Source of the DNA: Alphaproteobacteria bacterium
GTDB lineage: Bacteria > Pseudomonadota > Alphaproteobacteria > RF32 > CAG-239
Length of the DNA: 64,000 nt
Assembly: GCA_017477185.1 (NCBI GenBank)
Contig: JAFUXF010000026.1
Location: forward strand, 2,215 to 66,214
Reading direction: 5' to 3'
The translations under genes were made by a program, and so were the position numbers. Shown here piece by piece: positions 49,381 to 58,707 of this stretch (positions are counted from its first letter, which is position 1; each line of letters opens with the position of its first letter). Under the pieces are notes generated by a model. It saw only the letters and a list, made by a program, of their open reading frames with translations. It was not told the DNA's origin and ran no database searches.

Positions 49381-50096
49381 TTCCAATCTCCTCTTAATGC
49401 TTGCCAACAAGCCAATGCGGCAACGGCTGCCGTTTCGGCACGAAGAATCCTGTTTCCTAAGGTAACACCAGTCGCAAAAGGTGCTTTCCTTAATTGTTCC
49501 AATTCTTGAAGCGAAAATCCGCCCTCCGGACCAACCAAAACGGCACATTTATCTTCATTGATAAATGCTTGTAAGGGCGGTTTGCTGTTGAGGGTTTCAT
49601 CTAAATAGTATAATTTGCGATCAGTCGGCCAGCATTTTAACAAATTTTCAAAATCTATTACCTCTGCAACCTCCGGCAAATCAACACGTCGACATTGCTC
49701 TGCCGCTTCAATTGTTTGAGCGATAAAGCGTTCTTTTTTAACACGTTCACTAATCGTATAACGCGTTAAAACCGGTATGATTTTTCGGACACCGAGTTCT
49801 GTCGCTTTCTGTACAATAAAATCTGTATTATCTTTTTTGACAGGCGCAAATATTAACCAAATATCCGGTGGCAAACAATACGACCTTTGCAATTTGAGAA
49901 TATGCAAAACACAATGTTTTTTGCTTGTTTCCGCAATTTCACATAGATATTCCCCACTTTGATTATCGAAACATAACAACGAATCTCCGACCTGACGCTT
50001 CATTACATGAGTCAAATAATGACTTTGTTTCTCATCAAGTTCTATTGCGTTGTTTACGGATAACGGCTGTGCAATGTATAATCTGATTTGTCCCAT
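49377..50096 (-). CDS. rsmE: 16S rRNA (uracil1498-N3)-methyltransferase RsmE
   Basis: MGQIRLYIAQPLS... N-terminal PUA-like region. C-terminal SPOUT-knot motifs LVGPEGGFSLQE and TLGNRILRAETAAVAALA. Confidence 0.8.
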   Translation of the reverse strand: MGQIRLYIAQPLSVNNAIELDEKQSHYLTHVMKRQVGDSLLCFDNQSGEYLCEIAETSKKHCVLHILKLQRSYCLPPDIWLIFAPVKKDNTDFIVQKATELGVRKIIPVLTRYTISERVKKERFIAQTIEAAEQCRRVDLPEVAEVIDFENLLKCWPTDRKLYYLDETLNSKPPLQAFINEDKCAVLVGPEGGFSLQELEQLRKAPFATGVTLGNRILRAETAAVAALACWQALRGDWK

Positions 50097-50184
50097 AAAT
50101 TTTCTGCATAACTTGTTTTTTGTTTTCTTATTTTAGAAGATATATGTTAAATTTTGTTAAATACTAACATTATTTGAGGCGGAT

Positions 50185-50850
50185 ATGATTGTTACGATTG
50201 ACGGTCCGGCAGCGGCAGGAAAAGGAACTTTAGCAAGCGTTTTAGCTCAGACATATCATCTGGTGTATTTTGATACAGGAATGGTTTATCGTGCTGTCGG
50301 GCTGGATATGTACTTGCATCATGATGACCCTCATGATGAAGAAAAGGCAACGCAATATGCCGACGCGCTGACTTTTACAAAAATGCACGACTTGGCAAAG
50401 AATCCGGATTTTCGTTCGGCAATCGGTGGAAATTATGCCTCTATTGTTTCGGCACATCCGAAAGTTCGCGCGGCACTCCTCAAAATGCAACAAGATTTTT
50501 CTAAGAATCCTACATTTGCCGACGGAACACTGGCTGAAGGGGCTATTTATGACGGACGAGATACCGGCACAGTGGTCTGTCCTCATGCAGACATTAAGTT
50601 TTTTATTACCGCCTCAACAGAAGTGCGTGCGATGCGGCGTTTTAAGGAATTTCAAGCAAAAGGGTTGACAACTGACTATGAGACCGTTTTGGCGGATATG
50701 AAAGCGCGTGATGAGCGCGATGCGACGCGTTCCACCGCACCGATGAAACCGGCCGAAGATGCCATCGTTTTTGACACTTCAGCAATGTCGATTGAAGAAG
50801 TTTTAGCTTACGCGCTGAAGATTATTGATGAGAGAATCAAGAATTCTTAA
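50185..50850 (+). CDS. cmk: cytidylate kinase
   Basis: P-loop IVTIDGPAAAGKGTLASVLA. CMP-binding DTGMVYRAV and DGRDTGTVV motifs. Confidence 0.9.
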   Translation: MIVTIDGPAAAGKGTLASVLAQTYHLVYFDTGMVYRAVGLDMYLHHDDPHDEEKATQYADALTFTKMHDLAKNPDFRSAIGGNYASIVSAHPKVRAALLKMQQDFSKNPTFADGTLAEGAIYDGRDTGTVVCPHADIKFFITASTEVRAMRRFKEFQAKGLTTDYETVLADMKARDERDATRSTAPMKPAEDAIVFDTSAMSIEEVLAYALKIIDERIKNS

Positions 50851-51014
50851 AGAAAATGCTTGAAAAATAAAAAGATAGTGGTATAAACAGCTGGTCTGAT
50901 GAGGATAGGGCACGCTATATCAGATATTAACCTCGTGCAAGTCCACCCGCAAAGGGCTTTTGGTTGTATTGATTCAATAAGCTCGGGTTGGCATTTTTTG
51001 AAATATATTTATTT

Positions 51015-52700
51015 ATGACAAACGCAGAATTTAAAATCCCTGAAACAACTGAAAACTTTGCTGAGCTCTTGAATGAGCAATTCGGTGAAGACTCCTTAAC
51101 AGGTTCTGTTGTTAAAGGTACTGTTATTCGTTTAACTCCTGATTTCGCTATGGTTGATGTCGGGTTAAAATCAGAAGGCCGTATTCCTCTCCGTGAATTC
51201 GGTCAAAATCCGGAACTCAAAGTCGGCGATAAAATCGAAGTTTACGTTGACAGATATGAAGATAAAGACGGACAAATTGTTTTGTCTCGTGAAAAAGCAC
51301 GCCGTGAAGAAGTATGGCAAGATTTGGAAAAATCTCTTAATGCCGGCGAACGTGTCAACGGTATCATTTTTGGTCGTGTTAAAGGCGGCTTTACGGTTGA
51401 CTTAAACGGCGCAATTGCTTTTCTCCCAGGTTCTCAAATTGACATTCGTCCGATCCGCGATATTACCCCATTGATGGGCATTTCTCAACCATTCCAAATT
51501 TTGAAAATGGATAAGGTCAGAGGCAATATCGTTGTTTCTCGCCGCGTTGTTTTGGAAGAAACACGCGCTGAAGCCCGTGCTGAATTAATCGGCGATATCA
51601 AAGAAGGTTCTGTTCTCGAGGGTGTTGTTAAAAACATTACCGATTACGGTGCATTCATTGATTTGGGCGGTGTTGATGGTTTATTACACGTTACGGATAT
51701 TTCTTGGAAACGTATTAACCACCCTGCAGAAGTTTTGTCTGTTGGTCAGACTGTTAAAGTTCAGGTTATCAAATTTAATGAAGATAATCAACGCATCAGC
51801 TTGGGCATGAAGCAGCTTGAAAATGACCCATGGCAAGATGTTGCTAACAAATTTAAGGTTGGCGATATTTGCAAAGGTAAAGTTACAAACATCACCGATT
51901 ACGGTGCATTTGTTGAATTAGAAGACGGTATTGAAGGTTTGGTTCATGTCTCTGAAATGAGCTGGACACGCAAAAATGTTCATCCGGGTAAGATTGTTTC
52001 TACTTCTCAAGAAGTTGAAGTTAAGGTCTTGGAAGTTGATCCGGAAAAACGTCGTATCTCTTTGGGCATCAAACAATGCACACCGAATCCTTGGGCTGCC
52101 TATATTGAAGAGCATCCGCTCGGATCAGTTATTGAAGGTAAAATCAAAAACATTACCGAATTTGGTTTGTTCATTGGCTTGAGCGATGAAATCGACGGTA
52201 TGATTCACTTGTCTGATATCTCTTGGGATAAAGCCGGTGAAGAAGCTGTTAAAGATTACACCAAAGGTCAAGACATCCAAGCTAAAATTATTGATGTTGA
52301 TGTTGAAAAAGAACGCATCAGTCTTGGTATTAAACAACTAAGCGAAGAAGCAGTTTCTTCTGCTTTAGAGGGTATCAAGAAAGGCGATATCGTTAAGGCA
52401 ACAATTACCGCTATTGAAGATAAAGGCGTTGTTGTTGACGTTAATGGTTTGACAGCAAACATCAAGAAAGCTGACTTGTCTAAAGATAAAGCTAATCAAA
52501 ATCTCGACAACTATCATGAAGGCGACGTTTTGGAAGCCAAAGTTACTTCCGTAGACAAGAAAAACGTTAAAATTGGCTTATCCGTTAAAGCTCGTGAAGT
52601 CGAGGAAGAAAAGAAAGCTTTAGAAGAATATTCTAATACCGACTCTTCTAACTCCGCTTTAGGTGATGCTTTAGGTAAAGCCTTAAAGAAGAAAGCTTAA
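51015..52700 (+). CDS. rpsA: 30S ribosomal protein S1 (six S1 domains)
   Basis: Six repeated S1 OB-fold units (G.V.G.V..I.d.GaF.dlG.~GL.H.Se~sw). The start is probably MTNAEFKIPETTENFAELL (51015); the ORF track starts at 50988. Confidence 0.9.
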   Translation: MTNAEFKIPETTENFAELLNEQFGEDSLTGSVVKGTVIRLTPDFAMVDVGLKSEGRIPLREFGQNPELKVGDKIEVYVDRYEDKDGQIVLSREKARREEVWQDLEKSLNAGERVNGIIFGRVKGGFTVDLNGAIAFLPGSQIDIRPIRDITPLMGISQPFQILKMDKVRGNIVVSRRVVLEETRAEARAELIGDIKEGSVLEGVVKNITDYGAFIDLGGVDGLLHVTDISWKRINHPAEVLSVGQTVKVQVIKFNEDNQRISLGMKQLENDPWQDVANKFKVGDICKGKVTNITDYGAFVELEDGIEGLVHVSEMSWTRKNVHPGKIVSTSQEVEVKVLEVDPEKRRISLGIKQCTPNPWAAYIEEHPLGSVIEGKIKNITEFGLFIGLSDEIDGMIHLSDISWDKAGEEAVKDYTKGQDIQAKIIDVDVEKERISLGIKQLSEEAVSSALEGIKKGDIVKATITAIEDKGVVVDVNGLTANIKKADLSKDKANQNLDNYHEGDVLEAKVTSVDKKNVKIGLSVKAREVEEEKKALEEYSNTDSSNSALGDALGKALKKKA

Positions 52701-52752
52701 TTTAAGCAATTGACTTTAAGAAAAGAGGGACGAAATCGCCCCTCTTTTTTTG
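52683..52752 (+). repeat. direct repeat copy 1: last ~6 codons of rpsA plus its terminator hairpin
   Basis: ttaaagaagaaagcttaatttaagcaattgactttaagaaaagagggacgaaatcgcccctcttttttt is repeated with ~90% identity at 53577..53648. Confidence 0.75.
52724..52751 (+). terminator. rpsA rho-independent terminator
   Basis: agaggg-acgaaatcgc-ccctct followed by T7. Confidence 0.7.
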
Positions 52753-52754
52753 TT

Positions 52755-53096
52755 CTAAGGTAAAAAACAAAAAAGCAAGAAAATTCCGAAATAAACGAGA
52801 ATATAAAAAATAATTTTTAAAAATTTCTTGCTGATTTTCTTATTTATCAAATGTATTGCGATAAAGTAGGTTGCAATAAATGCTAAAAGAGATATCTTGT
52901 AAATACTATTGTATAACTCATCTTCATTTTCTTGAATAAATGATAGTGTTTCTTTGCTACTATCCGCTGATAATAGAGTAAAAAACAGTGCCATATTAAG
53001 CCAAGGGACGATTAACGCTAAAAGACAAAAAAATGCTATTTTTTTTAATACGGAAATATTTTTTTGCATCTGCTTATTCCTTGTATTATTTGCCAT
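52755..53096 (-). CDS. small hydrophobic membrane protein (about 113 aa) inside the duplicated-terminator insertion
   Basis: The ORF track gives 52755..53201. The likely start is ATG 53094..53096 (MANNTRNKQMQKNISVLKKIAFFCLLALIVPW...), 10 nt after the stop of the upstream small gene. Three predicted TM helices. Confidence 0.35.
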   Translation of the reverse strand: MANNTRNKQMQKNISVLKKIAFFCLLALIVPWLNMALFFTLLSADSSKETLSFIQENEDELYNSIYKISLLAFIATYFIAIHLINKKISKKFLKIIFYILVYFGIFLLFCFLP

Positions 53097-53457
53097 AGCG
53101 GCGGGTTGAACGATGTTTAATATATTCTTTAGCCATATTTTGCAATTGTTTATCATATTTGTACAGAGGAGATTCCATTGCATTGAATAAATCATCTGCA
53201 TCCCAATTTTTTGGTTTTTTATCTATAGGCAATTTAGGATTGTAATATTCCTTAATTAATTTTTTATTTTTGTATAAGGGAGAAGATTTGTCATAATATT
53301 TTTTAACAGCATAGTCTTCTCTTTTGTTAAGTGTTTTTATTCCACCCGAATCTAAAAATTTTAATCCGGCTTTTTTTAAGGCGTTTTTACCAACATATCT
53401 GGCCGCAGAACTAATAATAGGAAGCAGTGGGAGAGGCATTTTATTTTTCCTTTTCAA
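53086..53457 (-). CDS. small Lys/Tyr-rich basic protein (123 aa) inside the insertion
   Basis: MKRKNKMPLPLLPIISSAARYVGKNALKKAG..., ~25% K/R. No recognisable motif. Confidence 0.35.
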   Translation of the reverse strand: MKRKNKMPLPLLPIISSAARYVGKNALKKAGLKFLDSGGIKTLNKREDYAVKKYYDKSSPLYKNKKLIKEYYNPKLPIDKKPKNWDADDLFNAMESPLYKYDKQLQNMAKEYIKHRSTRRYGK

Positions 53458-53576
53458 TCTGTAAATTAACCATATATATTTTCATTAACCATATTTATAA
53501 CAAAATGCAATATATTATAACAAAATATTAACAAAAAATTGCAGCTTTTAGAATGATTATTTATAGTACTAATCTT

Positions 53577-53648
53577 TTTTAAGGAAGAAAGCTTAATTAA
53601 GCAATTGACTTTAAGAAAAGAGGGACGGAAACGTCCCTCTTTTTTTGC
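53577..53648 (+). repeat. direct repeat copy 2 (rpsA 3' end plus terminator), perfect 8-bp stem with GAAA loop
   Basis: ttaaggaagaaagcttaattaagcaattgactttaagaaaagagggacggaaacgtccctcttttttt. Compared with copy 1 it has one 1-nt indel and a compensated change in the stem. Confidence 0.75.
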
Positions 53649-53756
53649 TTGCATTTTTCTTAAAGTGTTTTATAGTAACCTTTGTAGGCAGAGATGCTTA
53701 CAGGGGCCTCAAAATCTCCTCGTAGATAAAAATAACTCCTTCTGATAAAGAGGGAG

Positions 53757-53835
53757 ATGATGAAATATATTGAATACATCATGCTGTTCTACGACAGTTT
53801 TGAGCTCCCTCACCTTTTAAAAAGGTGAGTTTTTT
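53757..53835 (+). other. candidate 23-codon small ORF with strong SD (aagagggag-ATGATG...) whose stop lies inside a rho-independent terminator (ctcacc-ttttaaaa-ggtgag plus T6); possible small protein or leader or sRNA
   Basis: MMKYIEYIMLFYDSFELPHLLKR. The SD AGAGGGAG lies 0-3 nt upstream of tandem ATG codons, and a hairpin plus T-run follows immediately. No long ORF lies upstream on this strand. Confidence 0.25.
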
Positions 53836-53987
53836 GTTAGGAACTATTCTCTTGAATGGTCATCACCGAGCTTGATTCGGTGATCTAATATTAAAGGAAT
53901 CTGCTTTTATCAATATTGGATTGTCGGATCAAGTCCGACAATGACTAAATAGGGTAAAAAAACAAAAATTAGGAGCTAAGAAAAAAC

Positions 53988-54203
53988 ATGAAATACGCAA
54001 ACATCCTCAAAAAAGAACTCGGGCTGCAGCTTGGCATTTTGCGCCTCAAACAAGGCAAAAAGCTAAGCCGTGTCGCGACGGATTTAGGTTGGAAAGACCA
54101 AGTCATCGACCAAATCGAAAACGGCTACCACCACACATGGAAACGCTATTACGAACTCCTCAAATATTATCATGGCACAATTGGGATTATTATTGACAAG
54201 TAA
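53988..54203 (+). CDS. small XRE/Cro-type HTH transcriptional regulator (71 aa)
   Basis: LGLQLGILRLKQGKKLSRVATDLGWKDQVIDQIENG fits the helix-turn-helix_3 pattern (lg..lr.lR...glsq..lA...g.s...is..E.G). Good SD (aggag) 8 nt upstream. Confidence 0.5.
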   Translation: MKYANILKKELGLQLGILRLKQGKKLSRVATDLGWKDQVIDQIENGYHHTWKRYYELLKYYHGTIGIIIDK

Positions 54204-54296
54204 TCCCCTTTTCTGAGCACGGCTTTGTATCCCTTAACATCGCCCTCAGGTGCTCATCGGGGCTGGCTTGTTACAACAGCCCCACCATCAAAAAAC

Positions 54297-54328
54297 GGAG
54301 CCGTGCCGAAAACGCGGCTCCTTTTATT
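54297..54328. terminator. bidirectional rho-independent terminator between the convergent XRE gene and yejB
   Basis: ggagccg-tgccgaaaacg-cggctcc followed by ttttattt, with A-run upstream. Confidence 0.6.
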
Positions 54329-55425
54329 TACACCTTATCAAAATTAATTCTCGGATCAACCAGAGAATATGTTATATCACTTATCAACTTTAGAATTAAG
54401 CCTAAAAGAGCAAAAATATACAATGTTCCGAAAATAACCGGATAATCGCGCGTCATAATCGCTTCGTAACCCAGAAGCCCCATACCATTAAGAGAAAAAA
54501 TAACCTCTATTAACAAAGAGCCGGTAAATAACATTTTAATCAGTAACGCAGGAAATCCGGCAATCACAATTAACATAGCGTTTCGAAAAACATGACCGTA
54601 TAAAACCTGACTTTCGGTTAATCCCTTGGCTTTGGCTGTTAATACATAGGGCTTGTTTATTTCATCCAAAAATGAATTTTTTGTCAGCATGGTCAGGCTG
54701 GCAAATCCACCGATCACCATCGCCAATACAGGCAAAGTAATGTGCCAGAAATAATCGCCAATTTTACCTAAAAGAGATAGATTTTCCCAGTTATCTGAGG
54801 TTAGGCCTCGTAGAGGAAACCACTGAAAATATATGCCGCCGGCAAAAACAACAATCAAAAATACGGCGAATAAAAATACCGGTATTGCCGCACCGATAAT
54901 AATTGCACATGAAGTCCATACATCAAAGGGGCTACCATCTTTAACGGCTTTTTTTATTCCCAACGGAATGGCAATCAGGTATATTAATAGGGTTGACCAT
55001 AAACCCAAAGATATAGATACCGGCATGCGTTCTTTGATAAGTTCCCAAACCGTTTTATTATGATAAAAACTGGTACCAAAGTCAAAAGTTGCATAGTCTT
55101 TTATCATCTTTACAAAACGTTCCGGTGCCGGCTTATCAAAACCAAATTGCTTTTCCAGTGCTTTAACCAAATCTTCCGGCACTCCTTGCGCTCCTTGATA
55201 CTGGCTTTGTTGTGCCGTATTCATATTGACTTGAGTGGTTGAACTGAGCGATGATTTTGAATCTGTATTCATACCTTGATACTTGGCAAGCATATATTCA
55301 ACAGGTCCTCCGGGGGCAAGCTGAATAATTGCAAAATTTAAAAACAAAATTCCAAATAAAGTTACTGGAATCAGCAAAAGGCGTTTTATAATGTAATTTC
55401 TCATTTTGCCTCCTTCATCCACCAT
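54328..55425 (-). CDS. yejB: ABC transporter permease, YejB/OppB family (peptide/microcin-C type importer)
   Basis: Binding-protein-dependent permease with the N-terminal RLLLIPVTLFGILFLNFAIIQL helix. The long periplasmic loop is typical of YejB. The EAA-like motif lies in the last cytoplasmic loop. Confidence 0.75.
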   Translation of the reverse strand: MVDEGGKMRNYIIKRLLLIPVTLFGILFLNFAIIQLAPGGPVEYMLAKYQGMNTDSKSSLSSTTQVNMNTAQQSQYQGAQGVPEDLVKALEKQFGFDKPAPERFVKMIKDYATFDFGTSFYHNKTVWELIKERMPVSISLGLWSTLLIYLIAIPLGIKKAVKDGSPFDVWTSCAIIIGAAIPVFLFAVFLIVVFAGGIYFQWFPLRGLTSDNWENLSLLGKIGDYFWHITLPVLAMVIGGFASLTMLTKNSFLDEINKPYVLTAKAKGLTESQVLYGHVFRNAMLIVIAGFPALLIKMLFTGSLLIEVIFSLNGMGLLGYEAIMTRDYPVIFGTLYIFALLGLILKLISDITYSLVDPRINFDKV

Positions 55426-57212
55426 GTTTGAGGAAGAAAACCTGTTTTAACAGTTGTTTGAGGTTGTTCAAACTTATTCCAATAAGCCACACGTTGGGTT
55501 GGTGAATACCAATGCGGAATTAAGTACCAGCCGTGAAGCAACACTCTGTCTAATGCGCGGACATATGCTTCATAATCTTCTTGCCTTTGGGCACTGATTA
55601 TGCCTTTGATTAACTCGTCAACAACCGGATTTTTCAATCCTAAGATATTATAGCTTCCGCGCACGTCAGCAGAAGCACTGCCCCACATTTCAGTCTGCTC
55701 ATTCCCCGGCATACGGCTGACATTAAAACCGGCAATTGCCATCTCAAAATCAAAATTATCAAGTCTGTTTTTAAAAACACTCGGTTCAATATTGCGGAAC
55801 TTCATCTTTATTCCTATTTTTTTCAGATTAGCAATGAAGGGAAGCATAACTCGTGTAAAAGCGGCTCCGTTTGCTGAATTACCGAGAACTTCTATTGTCA
55901 ATGGTTCTTGTGTCGCAAGATTTGTCATTTTTCCATTTACAAAGTCGTATCCGGCCGCTTGTAGCAATTTAACCGCTTTTTTGAGATTTTTACGCGTTTC
56001 TTCAGGCGTACGATGTGAGGGTAATCTTGGTGCTTCGGTAAATATACTTTCTTCTAATTTGTCTTTATATTTTTCTAGAATTTCGCGCTCTTTTCCTTGC
56101 GGCAAACCAGTAGCTTCCATGCCGGTATTTGGAAAAAAGCTGGCAATACGCGTATATTGTTTGTAAAAAAGATTTTCATTTGCCCATTCAAAGTTAAAGG
56201 CAAGAGCTATAGCTTGGCGAACACGTTTATCCTTAAACTTATCTTTGCGTAGGTTAAAAGCAAAATTTTGTAAAGGGGCGGCATTATTATGTTTAATATC
56301 TTTTTTTAAGACCTTCCCGCTTTTGATAATATCATTGTCGTAGCCGACAGCCCAGATTTTGGCGATATATTCTTCTCGTGCATCTATGTTACCGGCAAAT
56401 AAAGCCTGTAAGGTTACCGTTGTATCTTGATAATAGTCATAACGCAGCTCATCAAAATTGAACATTCCTTTGCGCGTTGGTAAATCTTTTGCCCAATAAT
56501 CAGGATTACGCTTAAATTGAATAAACTTATTGACTTCAAACTTATCTAAAACATAAGGGCCACTCCCAAGTGGCGGGACTAAACTTGGCTCAGAAAAATC
56601 TTTTCCTACCCAGTCATCTTCCGAATAAATGCTCATTTGCGCCAAAATTAAAGGAAGTTCCCTATTTTGTGACCCTTTCTTAAAATAAAAACGAACATGG
56701 CGGTCGTTTACCTCTTCTACGCGATCAACATCAGCATAGTAAACTTTATAAAAAGGCTGACCTTTTTCAACCAGTGCCTTATAAGAAAAAATAACATCTT
56801 TCGCTAAAACAGGCTTTCCATTGTGAAATTTTGCCCGTTCATCCAAAATGAATCCGACATAACTTTTGTCTTCAGGATATTCAAACTCCTTTGCCAGCAA
56901 AGGATAAACTGTTGCAATATCATTTACAGCTCCGACTCCTAAGGTATCAAGCGTGAGTGACACCGTATAGCCGCCATCTGATATCCCCTTAAAGATAAAC
57001 GGATTAAAATTATCAAAAGTCCCATAGGTCGGCATAACCATACGACCACCTTTAGGGGCATCCGGATTTACATAAGAAAAATTAGTAAAATCTGCCGGAT
57101 ACTGCGCTTTTCCATACAAAGCCAAATAAGGCAATGTTTCCGCAACAGCTGAAAAGCTCCATCCGGCAAACAAAAGTGTCCAAAAGAATCTATTTATGGT
57201 AGTTCTCAGCAT
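55401..57212 (-). CDS. yejA: ABC transporter periplasmic substrate-binding protein, YejA/OppA cluster (family 5 SBP)
   Basis: Signal peptide MLRTTINRFFWTLLFAGWSFSAVA. 603-aa family-5 SBP with the N-terminal PKGGRMVMPTYGTFDNFNPF region. Overlaps yejB by 25 nt. Confidence 0.75.
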   Translation of the reverse strand: MLRTTINRFFWTLLFAGWSFSAVAETLPYLALYGKAQYPADFTNFSYVNPDAPKGGRMVMPTYGTFDNFNPFIFKGISDGGYTVSLTLDTLGVGAVNDIATVYPLLAKEFEYPEDKSYVGFILDERAKFHNGKPVLAKDVIFSYKALVEKGQPFYKVYYADVDRVEEVNDRHVRFYFKKGSQNRELPLILAQMSIYSEDDWVGKDFSEPSLVPPLGSGPYVLDKFEVNKFIQFKRNPDYWAKDLPTRKGMFNFDELRYDYYQDTTVTLQALFAGNIDAREEYIAKIWAVGYDNDIIKSGKVLKKDIKHNNAAPLQNFAFNLRKDKFKDKRVRQAIALAFNFEWANENLFYKQYTRIASFFPNTGMEATGLPQGKEREILEKYKDKLEESIFTEAPRLPSHRTPEETRKNLKKAVKLLQAAGYDFVNGKMTNLATQEPLTIEVLGNSANGAAFTRVMLPFIANLKKIGIKMKFRNIEPSVFKNRLDNFDFEMAIAGFNVSRMPGNEQTEMWGSASADVRGSYNILGLKNPVVDELIKGIISAQRQEDYEAYVRALDRVLLHGWYLIPHWYSPTQRVAYWNKFEQPQTTVKTGFLPQTWWMKEAK

Positions 57213-58536
57213 TCATCCACTCGCCGAACGGATAAGAAAAATCCTCATCATTACTAATTTTGGGTTCAGGCATTCCCTCTTCTTTTTGAAAAACAGGTTC
57301 TTGTTGTGCCGATAGGTCTCTTTGTTTGGCTTCTTCCCACTCTTTTTTCAAATCAGCTAATTGATTTTGAGTCTGTTGGAATCCGCTTTCAAGCTCAGAA
57401 GTCACAACGGAGGGAGTGGGTGCAAATATATCTTGCAGAGGTTTTTCTTCAGGTATTATGCTAACCTCTTCTTCCTCATTTTCTTTCGGTTCATTTTCTG
57501 TTTCTACGTGCTCAGATGGTTCTTCAATATCTTCGCTAAAATGCGGTTCTCTCGGCATTGATATATCTTCAGAAGGATTACCAAAACTTTTGGCAAAGGC
57601 CATTGACAGAGGATCTGCATTTTCTTGTACATCTTCTTTCACATTTTCTGTTTTTTTGCGGGTAAAGGTGTTTAAGAACATTTGACGGGCATTCTCGGAC
57701 AGCGGTTTTTTTTCAGGTTCTTTCTGAGGAATAAATACAATATTTGATTTTTCTGTATCAACTTCTTTTTCAGCTTCATCAACATCAGAAAATCCTTCGT
57801 TTTCTTGCGGGGTATCCTCAGCCATTTGTTTGTGAGCCAAGCTCAAATCTCTATTTTGACGAATAGAATCCGCAGGGCCGGCAAGTAAACTAAAAACTTT
57901 ACCAAAAACGCCTGTTTCGATAACGTTTAGAAAAATTCTTTCCTGATCATGTTTTTCAAGCATATTTATCAAATTTTGATAGCGAGAACAAAACTCAAGA
58001 ATTGTCCCTCCGAGAATGACATCTTTTAGCGATTTTTCAAGCAGAATTTTCGGCAAATTCGGCTGATTTTGGTAAACATCTATCAATACTTTTCCTAATG
58101 CCCACTTTCCGCCATTTTTAACTTTAACCCACAAAGAGTCTATTTGCTCGGACGTTGACAGGTTGCCTCTTTCTATAATTTCTGACAGCAATTCATTCAT
58201 ATCTGCAATAAACATATCAAATTTATTTAGAATAATACCATTTTTATAGCTATCATGAGATTCCAATAACACCTTTATCATAGCATCTGCATATTCTTGA
58301 TTTTTACGCATTTGCTTAAACAACGAATACATATTTTTATTGAGAACAGACGTGCTGAAATACTGATATATATACCCGAAAACGACCCAAAGAATTAAAA
58401 TCGGCAAGGCCACGACGGCAACGCTTAGAGAAAAACTCTCCATATTCTCGCCGGACATATTTGAAATAGAATAAAAAAGCCAAATAATACTTGAAAAAAC
58501 CGAAACGAAAAAAGCTGCTGACAACACGTTTATCAT
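57190..58536 (-). CDS. membrane protein (two N-terminal TM helices) with a long acidic C-terminal tail
   Basis: MINVLSAAFFVSVFSSIIWLFY and VAVVALPILILWVVFGYIY helices are followed by a ~230-aa soluble domain and an E/D/P-rich tail. Overlaps the yejA start by 23 nt. Confidence 0.5.
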   Translation of the reverse strand: MINVLSAAFFVSVFSSIIWLFYSISNMSGENMESFSLSVAVVALPILILWVVFGYIYQYFSTSVLNKNMYSLFKQMRKNQEYADAMIKVLLESHDSYKNGIILNKFDMFIADMNELLSEIIERGNLSTSEQIDSLWVKVKNGGKWALGKVLIDVYQNQPNLPKILLEKSLKDVILGGTILEFCSRYQNLINMLEKHDQERIFLNVIETGVFGKVFSLLAGPADSIRQNRDLSLAHKQMAEDTPQENEGFSDVDEAEKEVDTEKSNIVFIPQKEPEKKPLSENARQMFLNTFTRKKTENVKEDVQENADPLSMAFAKSFGNPSEDISMPREPHFSEDIEEPSEHVETENEPKENEEEEVSIIPEEKPLQDIFAPTPSVVTSELESGFQQTQNQLADLKKEWEEAKQRDLSAQQEPVFQKEEGMPEPKISNDEDFSYPFGEWMNAENYHK

Positions 58537-58707
58537 CCTTATTATTTTTTAATGAATTGTATTTTAGCCGTTTTCACCGTAAAAGCAATTATTTTTCTAA
58601 TATTACGGCTACCTTTCCACAACAAAATCAACAGTATTTTAAAATAATAGTCGAAATTTGTTTTTTTTGTGCTATAAGAAGAGACAGATTTAATATTGAA
58701 GAGATAA

